Assembly: GCA_965240325.2 (NCBI GenBank)
Contig: OZ251235.1
Location: forward strand, 1,612,001 to 1,676,000
Length of the DNA stretch: 64,000 bases
Direction: 5' to 3'
Source of the DNA: Rebecca billardiae RCC1528
Lineage: Eukaryota; Protista; Haptophyta
The notes under the pieces are model-generated. The model was not told the DNA's origin. It worked only from the letters and a program-made list of their open reading frames with translations, and made no database searches. Positions 24,603 to 35,812 of this stretch are shown in pieces; the stretch's first letter is position 1; the number at the start of each line of letters is the position of its first letter. The translations under genes were made by a program, and so were the position numbers.

Positions 24603-25985
24603 ATGCTGCCGGCCGGCGGGCTCGCGCGCCCATTCGCGGTGTCAGGCACGCGTGGAGGCCTCTGGCGGCTCGCTGCGACGCGCAGCATGTCGTCGCCGCA
24701 CTCCACAGACGACGCCAGCAGCGGAGGCGGCCGCGACATGGCGGGCGGCACCCGGCGCACGCGCGGCACTGGCCAGAGTTTGATCGGCTCCAACAACAAG
24801 TACGGCGCCACGCCCGGGCAGTACACGGCAGACGTCGATCTCGAGGGCTCAGACATGCTCGTCGAGGTGCTCGCGGAGGAGTTCCGTCACAAGCGGAACC
24901 TGGAGTTTGCTGACTCGGAGCTCACCGTCGAAGAGCTGCTGCGCGAAGCGGATGACTCGGATGCGGCGGATGGGCCCGGGAAGGACTCGCCGCCGCCGCC
25001 AAAGGGCCCGTACATGCAGCACCGCAAGTACTTGACGCACCGCGGCGTCGGTGACGGCACTGTCTTCCGCCGTGAGGCGATGGCGGCGCAGGCGCGCCTC
25101 GACCGCGCGCAGGAGAGCGCCTTCCAGTACCGGCTGCCCACTGCGGTGCGCGCCCAGCGCGAAGCGCTCGAGCGCCAGCGCAAGCACGGCGGCAACCTGG
25201 TTGAGGAGGCGATCGTACGCGCGATGGCTGACGGCCAGTTTGACGGCCTCGAGGGCAAGGGCAAGCGCCTCCCCGACGAGACGAACCCGTACATCGACCC
25301 GGGCACGCAGGCGTTCAACCGCGTGCTGCAGCGCGCTGGCTGTGCGCCGCGCTGGGTCGAGGAGAACCGCGATATCCGCACAGACCTGCAGCTCGCGCGG
25401 CTCGTCCTCGCGGGCCGCTGGAAGACGCTTTCGACTTCCCCAGGCCAGTCCGAGGCGCGGGCGCACCCAGCATGGCGCGAGGAGGTTTGCCGATTCCGCG
25501 AGAAGGTGACAGCGCTCAACAAGCGTGTTGCGAACTACAACCTGATGGCGCCCGCGGCAGCGAGCCACATACCCCGGATCGACGAGGGCCGCGAGGTGCT
25601 TGACGTCGAGGAGGGTCGCACGGTCTACGACGAGCGCGCGCTGCTCGACCTCAGCGACGGCTCGACCTGGAGCGTGCGAGCGCACGCCACGTCGGCTCCA
25701 GCGCGAGCAGCGCTGAGCCAGCCCGGCCAGCTGCCGAGCATGTCTGACATCGCGACAGCGCCGATTCAGGCCGACATGTTCAGCTTCTCCTGGCGTATGG
25801 TGGCCGACGCCTTGTCTGGGCTCGGCAGCGTGTTCACAGCGCATGCAAGCGCCGAGCATGAGCAGATCAACGGGCGGCGTGGCCGGGGCCGGGGGCCGCC
25901 CTCTCCGGCCAGGGGCGAGGGGCAGCGCAGCAGCACCATCAGGCGGCGAATCATCCCTCCTCTTCCTCAGACCTCATCATCATGA
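24603..25985 (+). CDS. DUF1992 (DNAJC28 conserved domain) protein, possibly mitochondrial
   Basis: LVEEAIVRAMADGQFDGLEGKGKRLP...NRVLQRAGCAPRWVE, with an Arg-rich transit-peptide-like N-terminus. No J-domain HPD seen. Confidence 0.85.
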   Translation: MLPAGGLARPFAVSGTRGGLWRLAATRSMSSPHSTDDASSGGGRDMAGGTRRTRGTGQSLIGSNNKYGATPGQYTADVDLEGSDMLVEVLAEEFRHKRNLEFADSELTVEELLREADDSDAADGPGKDSPPPPKGPYMQHRKYLTHRGVGDGTVFRREAMAAQARLDRAQESAFQYRLPTAVRAQREALERQRKHGGNLVEEAIVRAMADGQFDGLEGKGKRLPDETNPYIDPGTQAFNRVLQRAGCAPRWVEENRDIRTDLQLARLVLAGRWKTLSTSPGQSEARAHPAWREEVCRFREKVTALNKRVANYNLMAPAAASHIPRIDEGREVLDVEEGRTVYDERALLDLSDGSTWSVRAHATSAPARAALSQPGQLPSMSDIATAPIQADMFSFSWRMVADALSGLGSVFTAHASAEHEQINGRRGRGRGPPSPARGEGQRSSTIRRRIIPPLPQTSSS

Positions 25986-26900
25986 TAGTCAGCATGAGCA
26001 CCAGGGCTGTGCATATAGCTAGCGCGCGACTCATCGTCATCAGCATCGATCAACTGCTCAGAGTCGGCAGCACTCGTGCCGCCGGTGCCGCGCGGGCTCA
26101 GACGGGGGGGACTGTAGCAGTGTGAGTGATTGTGGCGGCGGTAACCGGTGGCTGTGGGTGGCGGAGTGGCAGTCGTGAGCCAGGCAGCTGACAGCGGCGA
26201 TTCAAGGGCTCGGTGACCGGTGCCGGTGCCCGGTCGGGCTGGCTCGGCGGCGGGCTCGGCAAGCCCCGTTGTGGAGACGAGCTGTGAGGCAACTACAGAC
26301 TCCGCGAGACCGAATCGTGTGCTTGTCAGAATTATTGACGAATATTTATTGGTGCAGTCGATGAGTCACATCATCTTGCGCGCCGCTCTGCCTCGCTGCG
26401 TCGCCGTTACACTGTCACTGAGCTGTGAGCAGCATGATCGATGATGGCGGCCTCGGCTGACCGTCACTGCTCATGCACCGTCGGACCGCGGTACGACCGT
26501 GTCGCGACACGCCGACAGGCGACACAAGCCACAAGCCGGCTGCTGCTCACGATGAGCTGCGCGATTCGCTTTCGTGAAGTACTGGGTCACTGAGCTGTGA
26601 GCAGCCGATGACCGAGCAGGCAGTTGCGAGCAGGCCGAGTTGCTGCTCGCGGGGCACTAGTCACACAAGCCCGCTGCTCGGCTCACGACGTGAAGCCTCG
26701 TGGGCTGCGCGATTCGTGAAGTCGTGAACTCGTGAACTACCGTCTGTAAAGTGTAGCTAATGTCGATCTCACTGTCTGACTCTGTGACGACTACTGTGTA
26801 GTAAATGAGTTAAGTACGACTGATTATGATACTCACTATACTGGCGGATTCGGAACCGGCCAGTGAGTCTGTGTCAGACAGAACGCGACAACTAGCCAAC

Positions 26901-27028
26901 TAGGGCCGTGCGCCCTCAACTTCGTCGTTTAATTACTACCCGAAGATCGGCGTAGCCGATCATCTATATATGATCGGCTACGCCGATCTTCGGGTAGTGA
27001 ACAACGAAGTTGAGGGCGCACGGCCCTA
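26901..27028. mobile_element. 128-bp hairpin MITE
   Basis: Almost fully palindromic: TAGGGCCGTGCGCCCTCAACTTCG...CGAAGTTGAGGGCGCACGGCCCTA. One arm recurs at 51593-51649. Confidence 0.85.
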
Positions 27029-27227
27029 TGTACAGAATATCACAGTTGCATAAACTCACAATCACAGCATGCCTACCAGAATACGTGTAACCGTACTCGC
27101 GGTTGTACTTGTAGTCGGCGTCGCGAGTTCACCAATGACCGAGCAGGCAGCCAATACACGGCACGATTAGGCCCGCGACCAGCCTCGTGAGCGCGACCGA
27201 GCCAGAGGTGGTCGGCGGCATCGAACC

Positions 27228-27675
27228 CCACCGCGCTCGCTCGTCGAGCTGCGCACGGGTATCGGTGCGCGCGCGCCAACGCGGCGCGCCGTGCTCGCGC
27301 CCGGCGGCTGCACTGAGTGCACACCTGCCGTCGCGCGCGCACGGGCGCGTGATGGACCGAGGAGGTCGCGCGAGCATGCACGATGTGTCTGGATGGAGCG
27401 TGTAGTAGGTGTAGGCTGCGCTCCGCACGCGCTCCACCCCGATGCACCGCGTCTCTCCATACGCGTCGAAACACACCGCGCTCGCTCGTCGAGCTGCGCA
27501 CGGGTATCGGTGCGCGCGCGCCAACGCGGCGCGCCGTGCTCGCTCGCGCCCGGCAGCTGCCGAAACCTGCTCGCGCGCGCACGCGCGCGTGATGGACCGA
27601 GGAGGTCGCGCGAGCATGCGCGATGTGTCTGGATGGAGCGTGTAGTAGGTGTAGGCTGCGCTCCGCACGCGCTCC
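27228..27675 (+). repeat. Two-copy ~240-bp tandem duplication
   Basis: 27228-27436 closely matches 27474-27675. Confidence 0.85.
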
Positions 27676-28686
27676 GCCACCGTGCACCGCGCTGCCCCTC
27701 GTCCACGCGGTCACCGCCGAGCCCGAATTCTGAACGCGTGCGTGAGCCCCCCGGAGCGCGCCTCCGAGCAGCAGTCGCAGCCATCGTGTCGAAGGCGTGG
27801 CGAGAGGAAGATGGCAAGTAGCGCGATGATGCACCATCTCGTCGCGCCCACGGGCAGCGCGCGGTGCGCGCCTTCGCGCCTCGAGCAGGCTGCCGAGCCG
27901 AGCCGTGCCGGCCTGCCGCGCTCGATGCGCGCGTCGAGTCGCGCGTCCACCACCGTGATGAGCACGGATGAGCGCGCGCAGCCGTGTCGTAGTTCAGGTG
28001 GGGTCCCCCGATCGCACGCACCACCGCGCCGCCACGTCTGCACCCGCCTTGTGGCACCACGCGGGGGCACGCGCCGGGCCGCGCAGGCAGCACAGCAAGC
28101 ACGGCTCGACCGGCAAACGGTCAGCGCGCGGCGAGGGTGGAGTCCGGTGAGGGGCGACCGGGGTGTCCGGCGCGACGGAGGTGGTCCACGCCGTGGTCGC
28201 CGACGCGTTCCTCACCACCTCCGAGGCCGTGGTGGCCGCCCGGGAGAAGGAATGCTCCCCGTCGCACCGCGCCTGTGCAGTGCAGCACCCCGCATTGCCA
28301 ACCGCAAGCAACGAGCCGTGCCTCTTCGGCCTTGGGCCGTGCGTGCCTCTTCGACGTCCAAATCACGTTTCAGTTGAAGATCTCTTGATTCTAGTCACCG
28401 ACAAAATGTTAACCAAGTGTGCACGTTAATAATAGTAAACTGTACTTTACTTCGCGGGCCACCCGGCACCCAGTGCGCACCCACTTGGGTATTTTGAGCG
28501 CCTTCCGGCTTTAAAAGATATTACCCGTGTATGAATCAAGGGTAATCAAGGGGCTTTTAACAAGGGGCTTAACGAGTTAACGGCCTTAACCTGATGATAT
28601 CCGCCACTGAGAAGCGACGGTTCATGAATCATGACTTCAGATGCCGGCATAATGATTCTTTACTTCAAGCGACATAAAATCTGACT

Positions 28687-29004
28687 CAACCTCTCTTTTC
28701 TATGGTTGGCGAGCTGTTTCAGGCTCTTACAATTCAGGCATCTTACTATGACGGAATGTTCGAACACACGGCTGGTGTTATGTGCTATTCCACCCGGCAT
28801 TCCCCTAAGTGTTACTATCGTTAAAATTAAGGGGCAGTACAAACGCAATCATTGCGGCAGCGATATCCACTCATACGCGGTGGCCACCTACCGAAAAATC
28901 CCCAAAATCCTGCGCGCATCCAATCTTTTTGATTTTGCGGAGCACGTGCGCCGCCCCCCCCGGCTTTCGCTCACGCTCAGACCTTTCGGGGGGGCCGTGC
29001 GCCA
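28687..29004 (+). repeat. Dispersed ~320-bp repeat, probable transposon end (copy 1)
   Basis: High similarity to 53384-53705; lower GC; ends in a C-run/G-run hairpin plus CGTGCGCCAT. Confidence 0.85.
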
Positions 29005-29223
29005 TGATATATCTCACTCGGCCGGTCACTGGTCAGGCGCGGGACAGGCGGCGGCCCCGGGTCGCAGCGGGACGAGTCTCACGAGACCCGCAGGCCGCCG
29101 GCGCCAACCAACGGGCAACGGCGTCATCGCCAATACCCTTCTCGCCCTGGCGGCAGTCGTGCGGCACCGCCAACGCGCAGCGGACGCGAGGCCGCCCGTG
29201 CCGCACCCTCAGCATGAGCGGGC

Positions 29224-31197
29224 TCAGCGGCTCGCGGCCGTCGCTGGGCGGCGCCCGTTGCCGCCTGAGGGCGCCTGGCTGCCCGGCGCCTCCTCCCGCG
29301 CGCGCTTGCGCACAACGCGCTCGCACACCATCCCCGGCAGCCGGTGCGCGGCGCACATGCGATCGTGCGGCTCGCCCGGCATGCGGAAGGCCGGCCACTT
29401 CTCGCAGCCGGCGTGCTCGCAGGTCTGCCGCCGCACGTTGACCATGCCCTCCAGCTTGTGTGGCGCGCAGAACCGAGGGGGCGTGCCCAGCATGGCGTAC
29501 GACGCCCGCTTGGCGCAGTCGGCATGCTCGCACTTGGCGTGCGGCTTGACGTTCACCATGCCCGCGCGCTTGTGCGCGGCGCAGCGGACGGGGTGCGCCG
29601 CGCCCGGCATCGCGTAGGACGGCACCGTGAGGCAGCCGGTGTGCGCGCAGGTGCGGCTGACCAGGTTGAGCATGCCCGGCAGCTTGTGCGTGGCGCACCG
29701 GCTGGCGTGCGCGTCGCCCGGCATGCCGTACGACGGGCCCTTCGTGCACTCGGCGTGCTCGCACGTGTACTTCCGCACGCTCACCATGTCCGCCGTCTTG
29801 TGCGCGGCGCAGCAGGTGGGCCGTGAGCTGCCCGGCACGCAGAAGGTTGGGGTGACGGCGCAGCCGGCGTGCGCGCACTTGCGCGCGTGCAGGCCGACCA
29901 TGCCGTCCAGCCTGTGCGCGGCGCACCGGCGGGCGCGCGTCTCGCCCTCCACGCCGTACGACGGCCACGTCATGCAGCCGGGGTGCTGGCACATCGGGCG
30001 CTTCGCGCTGACCATCCCCGGCAGCTTGTGCGCGCCACAGCGGGTGAACCGCTCGTCGCCCGGCATACCGTAGATGGGCCGCGTCGTGCAGCCTTCGCAC
30101 TCGCACGTGCGGCGGCGCGGATTGCTGACCACACTGGCCTGCCGCCCGGCGCGCCTGCGCGGGGGAGTCGGGGCGGCTGGGCCCGCTGGGCCCGTCTGGG
30201 CGGTGGTCTGGCCACCGGACCCTCCCGCACCGGCCGTGAGGAGGAGTGGAGGCGGCACCGGCGGCGGTGTCGCGTCGTCGGTGCGCGGCGGGCCAGGGCC
30301 CACGGCCCGGGCCGCGCCCTCACTGGCTCGCCGCCGACGTTCGGCGGCGCCCGTTGCCATGCGCTCCTGCGCCTCCTCCCGCGCGCGCTTGCGCACAACG
30401 CGCTCGCACACCATCCCCGGCAGCCGGTGCGCGTTGCACATGCGATCGCGCGGCTCGCCCGGCATGCGGAAGGCCGGCCACTTCTCGCAGCCGGCGTGCT
30501 CGCAGGTCTGCCGGCGCACGTTGACCATGCCCTCCAGCTTGTGCGTGGCGCAGAGTCGAGCGGACGCGCCCGGCATGCCGTACGACGGCCTCTTCGCGCA
30601 CTCGGCGTGCTCGCACTTGGGCTGCTTGACGTTGACCATGTCGGTCACCTTGTGCGCGGCGCAGCTCACGGCATACGCCGCGCCCGGCATGGCGTACGAC
30701 GGCACCTTCGTGCACCACGGGTGGGTGCACGTGCGGCTCACCACGTTGACCATGCCCTCCAGCTTGTGCGTGGCGCAGAATCGAGCGGGCGCGCCCGGCA
30801 TGCCGTACGACGGGCCCTTCGCGCAGTCGGCGTGTTCGCACGTCTGGGTGCGATGGCTGACCATGTCCGCCGTCTTGTGCGCAGCGCAGCAGATGGGGCG
30901 CGGGCCGCCCGGCAGGCCGTACGTCGGGGTGACCGAGCAGCCGGCGTGTGCGCACTTGCGCGCGTGCAGGCCGACCATGCCCTCCAGCCTGTGCGCGGCG
31001 CACCGGCGGGCGCGCGTCTCGCCCTCCACGCCGTACGACGGCCACGTCATGCAGCCGGGGTGCTCGCACATCGGGCGCGTGGAGCTCACCATCCCCGGCA
31101 GCTTGTGCGTGCCGCATCGGGTGAACTCCGCCTCGCCCGGCATGCCGTAGATCGGCCGCGTCGTGCAGCCTTCGCACTCGCACGTGCGGCGAGGCAT
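29224..31197 (-). CDS. EsV-1-7-type cysteine-rich repeat protein (14 repeats in two 7-repeat blocks)
   Basis: Repeated ~38-aa unit C-x4-C-x3-P-x-YG-x-PG-x6/7-C-x2-H-K-x2-GMV, e.g. TCEHADCAKGPSYGMPGAPARFCATHKLEGMVNV. Likely ATG at 31197. Confidence 0.85.
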   Translation of the reverse strand: MPRRTCECEGCTTRPIYGMPGEAEFTRCGTHKLPGMVSSTRPMCEHPGCMTWPSYGVEGETRARRCAAHRLEGMVGLHARKCAHAGCSVTPTYGLPGGPRPICCAAHKTADMVSHRTQTCEHADCAKGPSYGMPGAPARFCATHKLEGMVNVVSRTCTHPWCTKVPSYAMPGAAYAVSCAAHKVTDMVNVKQPKCEHAECAKRPSYGMPGASARLCATHKLEGMVNVRRQTCEHAGCEKWPAFRMPGEPRDRMCNAHRLPGMVCERVVRKRAREEAQERMATGAAERRRRASEGAARAVGPGPPRTDDATPPPVPPPLLLTAGAGGSGGQTTAQTGPAGPAAPTPPRRRAGRQASVVSNPRRRTCECEGCTTRPIYGMPGDERFTRCGAHKLPGMVSAKRPMCQHPGCMTWPSYGVEGETRARRCAAHRLDGMVGLHARKCAHAGCAVTPTFCVPGSSRPTCCAAHKTADMVSVRKYTCEHAECTKGPSYGMPGDAHASRCATHKLPGMLNLVSRTCAHTGCLTVPSYAMPGAAHPVRCAAHKRAGMVNVKPHAKCEHADCAKRASYAMLGTPPRFCAPHKLEGMVNVRRQTCEHAGCEKWPAFRMPGEPHDRMCAAHRLPGMVCERVVRKRAREEAPGSQAPSGGNGRRPATAASR

Positions 31198-32051
31198 GAT
31201 GGTGCGGCGGTGTGCAGGGAAAGCTTGGGGCAAGGTCGTCGTCAGCCCCCCCAACCGATTGAAAGCTGTTCGGGTGGGGTGCTGGTGCTTTCTGGCAGTG
31301 CACACCAGTCCTGCGCGCCGCCCGGGCCGGTCCCGGCAAACTCAAATTCGCCCCCTTCCCGGACGCGCGTGGCGCCGCGCCGGACCTCCCCGTCCGGCCG
31401 TTCCAGGGTCCAGTTTCAAAGTTGGATGGAACTGTCTTGTCAACTTGACCTTTGGCGCCCACGCGGCGAGGGCGACGACGGGCGTACACGGGGCCGGCAC
31501 GGGGCCGGCGCCCTCTCGCAAGCCGCGGACGCGCACCGTGCCTCCTCCTCGCACGCTGCTAGCTTCATCTGGGGCCATGCGGTGTTTTGCTGCCGACCGC
31601 AGCTCAAGTTCCACGGCTGGTCAAGGTTCGGCTTGCGACCTCGCCGCTGGTGCTTGCAAGAAGGTACACGAGTTGGTCGAACTCCCGCGCGCCCGCTCTA
31701 CGCTTGTCGACGCCCTCTGAAGGTGTCTCGGGGGGGCATGTGGGGCAGTGGAATGCAATGGGTCGGCATTGACTCTCAGTCTCCCAGCGCGCAGGCCACG
31801 CAGCGCGGATGTGGTGCCCGCATGGCCCGGTAATGCGGGCGCGACATGTCTGCCTGGTCTACCCAAGGCCTGCCGCACCGCGAAGCGAGTGCTCAGGAGC
31901 GTGTGCCGAGCGTGCCAGCCCCGCCGAGACGGGGCACTTCGTAGGGAAATGCGGGCTCAATTTCCATCCTGGCTCAAGTTCCAACGTGAACGAGCGCTCC
32001 ATACCGTACGGACGTTGAGCCAGGGGCCCTTGGTTGAGTGTGGGCGATGGG

Positions 32052-32099
32052 CTATCTCGCCTGCCTGAGCTGTGTGCGTCTCTTATTCTTAGTCAACTG
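32052..32099 (-). mobile_element. Solo TIR of the CAGTT(T/G)ACTAAG family
   Basis: Reverse complement of 53880-53927 with one mismatch; followed by TA. Confidence 0.75.
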
Positions 32100-32995
32100 T
32101 AGAAGAGCGCAGGCGCGCATGTCCACCGCGGCGCGCGGATCTGCCGCCGCCTGCGTTTCCTCCGCCCGTGCCAGCACGCACAATCACGCCGACGGCCGAT
32201 GGAACGGTCTACTGACGGTAGCGCCTGCCCTGTTCTGCCTGTTCAGGCTGTTGTCGAAACGCACCAACTCGGCCAGTCGGAGCATGGGCGCAGAAGACCT
32301 GTCGGGAAGCCGCGAGAGATGAGCGCCCGGAAGGCCCGAAGGGGTTACGCCGAGGTACTGCCATTACTAGACCAGCCCGTGACCTTAGCAGAGTCCTCAC
32401 ACCTGGCGCGCCGTCGCACATCGATCGGCACAGCCCTCGCGGCTCGCCTACTGTACGCGCACGCGCACGTTAGACCGCAGCGGAGCGATTCTGGCAGAAG
32501 CGAAGCTCACTACTACTCACTAGCTGCCCCGAGTGCCCAGCGGCGCGGCTTCGGCCGGGCCATACTGTCAGATCTGAGCAGTTAATATAGCCAATATAGT
32601 GAATACTCATGATGAGAATAGTTATAGGTAAACTGATAATACTGATCCGTGATCGGAGTAGGCCATTTAATTCTATAGGCTTCAGACGAAATGTTTTCGC
32701 TGAGTCAGTGGTGAGTGGGCCGGCCCCCGACGTGACGGAGCTGAACGTATTGGGGCTGGGACGGGTGGCCTCAGCAGTGAATACTCATTGACTGAGTATA
32801 GCCTGGCCCCTTATACCTAGACACAGCAGTACAGTAACTACTCAGAGTACTGTCTGTCGGGTCGGCAGCGCCGCCGGGTCAGCCGCCTGGCAGGCGCCCT
32901 CAGCCGGAGCCGTGCAAGGCCGTGAAGGCGCAGTGCCGGATGATGTCCCGCCAATAAGTCGGCCACAGCCGCCAAAGCGCACGCGTTGATTGATG

Positions 32996-33643
32996 TCAGC
33001 GAGAGAGCACAACCCCACGCTCAGAGCGCGGCACGTGCGGGCACCAGAACCGATCTTGGCCACACTTGTTGCACTGCGGCGTAGTGAGGCTCCCGGTCGC
33101 CACATCAAATGGGGTTGCAACCGGCACACGCCTCGCGAACTCGCCCGTTGAGAACTCGGAGCCCGTCGAAATGTCGGAGCAACTATTGATCACGTCCTCA
33201 GGCCTCGCATTCGCGCCGTGTCGTGCGGCCGCCTTCGCCTCGCGTGTCGTCCGCTCCTTCCACTCGTTCAATCCGCGCACACGATCCTGCCGCATGCTGT
33301 GCCGAGGCGCGCTCGAGCCGAAGGCCACGGGCTGCGTTGGCGCCTCGAGATGCCACGTCTTTTTGTTGTCGACGTTGATGGCCCACGTCTTGCGGACGGG
33401 CGCGCGCGCAAACTCGATGGACGCCTCCGTGACTGGCAGCGCCGGGCCGAACACGGGCTTGCTGATTCCAGCGATGACCATCGGTTCACGAGTGCTGCGC
33501 GCCGCGGTCCCTCGCCCTGGCATCTGGTAGTGAACCGAGCGCATCTCACGAGGAAGCCCGTGAAGATCCCGCTCGCGAGCGTAGGCCGCCAGAGCGTTGC
33601 GCTCCAGAAGGGCGGCATCCGGCCTGGGCGCGAACTGCGCCAT
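32996..33643 (-). CDS. Hypothetical protein with C-terminal CxxC...CxH motif
   Basis: ~215-aa ORF with ordinary amino-acid composition; CNKCGQDRFWCPH near the end. Confidence 0.55.
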   Translation of the reverse strand: MAQFAPRPDAALLERNALAAYARERDLHGLPREMRSVHYQMPGRGTAARSTREPMVIAGISKPVFGPALPVTEASIEFARAPVRKTWAINVDNKKTWHLEAPTQPVAFGSSAPRHSMRQDRVRGLNEWKERTTREAKAAARHGANARPEDVINSCSDISTGSEFSTGEFARRVPVATPFDVATGSLTTPQCNKCGQDRFWCPHVPRSERGVVLSR

Positions 33644-34035
33644 CCTCACTGGCCGTTTGAAAGAGTCCGCGGCTGTACACCAGAATTCGGAATAATTCCC
33701 ATTCCGGATGAATTCCAGTCCTGGACTCCTGGAGTCGTACAGTAAACCGTGGCGTCCACTTACACCACTGTCACGACCACGTGTAAAACCACCACCATTG
33801 CTACCTCAGGACAACGACTGGACAACAATCGCACGACGCGAGCTGAGTGAGCGCCATCGGAGCCCCCGGCGCCGGAGCGGGGCCGCGTCCAGGCTGTTCA
33901 TTCGGACACACTACACAGTCCACTGCGACCGTCGGTCGTGACGACCACCCGCGCTACCGCTACGCCGGCGGCACGGTCCGTGCTTTCGCCTTTTCGGCTC
34001 CCGGTGGCACTGGCGCGGCGACAACGAGACGACGG

Positions 34036-34950
34036 CTATGCCATCGGCGTGATCGGCGTCGCCGGCGACGCGATCGTGGGCGTGGCGGGCCCTTTGCCCC
34101 CGGAGCCTCGGGCCGCTGCCGGGCTGCGGAAGTTCCCGCGCTGCGCGGCGGGCGTTGTTGGCTCGGGCTTTGGCTCGCCCTGCAGCACGAGCGGGTCGGC
34201 GCAGCACCACACGCGGTACAGCGCCTCCTCGAACTGCGGCGGCGCGCTGCCCGCGCCGTCCTCCGCGCCCTCCGCCCCGCCGCCACCAGCCCCGAAGCCG
34301 TGCACGTGCGCGCCCTCGGCGAGCGCCGTGTGCAGCAGCACGCGCACGACCTCGTACGCGCCGCGCTCGCCGTACTCGGCGAGCGCATCGGCATTGTTCG
34401 CCTCGACACCGCCCTCGAGCTCGGCGAGCTGGAGGCCCGCGGCGCGCGCGATCTCGTCGGCGCACAGCTTGAGCTGGCACCGCTCCTCGAGCGGGAGCGC
34501 GCGCCAGAGCGACAGCCAGATCGAGTGCACGCGCTCCCGCCGCTCCTGCAGCTGCGAGAGCGCGCGGAAGTAGTCCAACGTGACCTCGTGCTTGATCGCG
34601 TCGACGTGCGAGAAGTAGATGGTCCAGAAGGCCTGGTCGTCCATCAGGGACGGGACCATGCGATCACGCACGCCCTGCAAGTGCCCGTCGAACTGCAGCG
34701 CGTCGAGGGCGAGCGCCGGGTCCACCGTGTGGAGCGGCGCCGGGCTGAGCGCGCCGTCGCGCTCAAACGCACGCTCGCCGTGCCGCGAGGTGAGCAGCAC
34801 GCCGTCCGAGCTCGAGAGGAGCCGCACCTTGCGGCGCGCGAGCCAGAGCACGGGGTCGGGTACGCCCACCCACAGCGCCGACTGCGCTGAGCCACCCCCG
34901 CGCTCGCGGTCGCGCTTGTCGTGGGCGGACGTGGAGAGTTCCTGCCCCAT
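34036..34950 (-). CDS. BSD-domain protein, possibly N-myristoylated
   Basis: MGQELS start; LQFDGHLQGVRDRMVPSLMDDQAFWTIYF fits the BSD FW..YF motif. Confidence 0.75.
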   Translation of the reverse strand: MGQELSTSAHDKRDRERGGGSAQSALWVGVPDPVLWLARRKVRLLSSSDGVLLTSRHGERAFERDGALSPAPLHTVDPALALDALQFDGHLQGVRDRMVPSLMDDQAFWTIYFSHVDAIKHEVTLDYFRALSQLQERRERVHSIWLSLWRALPLEERCQLKLCADEIARAAGLQLAELEGGVEANNADALAEYGERGAYEVVRVLLHTALAEGAHVHGFGAGGGGAEGAEDGAGSAPPQFEEALYRVWCCADPLVLQGEPKPEPTTPAAQRGNFRSPAAARGSGGKGPATPTIASPATPITPMA

Positions 34951-35114
34951 CGTCGAAAAGCGTGCACCGCTTGAACCGCGGTCCCGGCTCCGGTTCCACC
35001 CGTCGGGCCGCCCGCCCGGTCCGGGCGCGGTTTTGGCGAGCGGGCACGCCGGCACGCCGTTCAAGGCTGACAAGCATTTGAACGCCGCCCGAGCGAACGT
35101 CGTCCGCCGCCACC

Positions 35115-35780
35115 ATGCGCACGCGGAGCGCCGTCGGCGCGCTCCTCGTCGCGTCCGCCGCAGTTTGCGGCTCATCCTGGCTGGCCGACATCCGCACGAT
35201 CGTCCCGGCTCAGATCGCGGCCGTCCTCCCCGCCGGCCACGTCTGCCTCGAGACGAGCACAGGGCTGTGCCTCGAGCGCGCAGACAAGCCGAGGCTCGCG
35301 CCGTGCGCCGTCGTGCCATCCGCGAGCAAGCTGCGCTGGCGCGCCGAGGGGAGCCGGCTGGTGCTTGTCGGCACATCACGCTGCCTCGATTGGGCCGGCC
35401 TCGCCTGGCTCCGCTGGCTCGTCCCCCAGCGCCTCGTCGTGCGCGAGTGTGCCAGGGTCGTGCACCGGTGGGAGAGCACCACGCCGCTGTGTGGCACCGG
35501 CGGCGCGTGCTTCGGCCGGCGCCGGCTGGACGCCGGCATCGCCCACCGCGTGCAGTCAACCGAGCTCGACGCGCACGTGCGCGCCGCGCCTCGCGGCTGG
35601 CTGGCCGCATTCGCCGCGCTCGCGTGCGTGCTCACGCTCGGCGCGGCGGGCGCTGCCGCCGCGTCGCGCGGCGCGGGCAAGCTGCAGCTGCTGACGAGCG
35701 CACCGCGCTCGGTGTTCGGGTCAGCGTCGACGCAGGCGGCTGCGGCCGCGCACGCTCGCACGCCCGGGGTGGGCCCGACC

Positions 35781-35812
<32 letters not shown>

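Noticed and set aside
29290-31197. Regularly spaced repeats as a CRISPR-like array
   Set aside because: They are in-frame ~38-codon protein repeats with no constant repeat/unique spacer pattern and no cas genes.
31587-32050. Possible copia integrase zinc-finger remnant (CVACALG)
   Set aside because: A single short motif among stop codons is insufficient.
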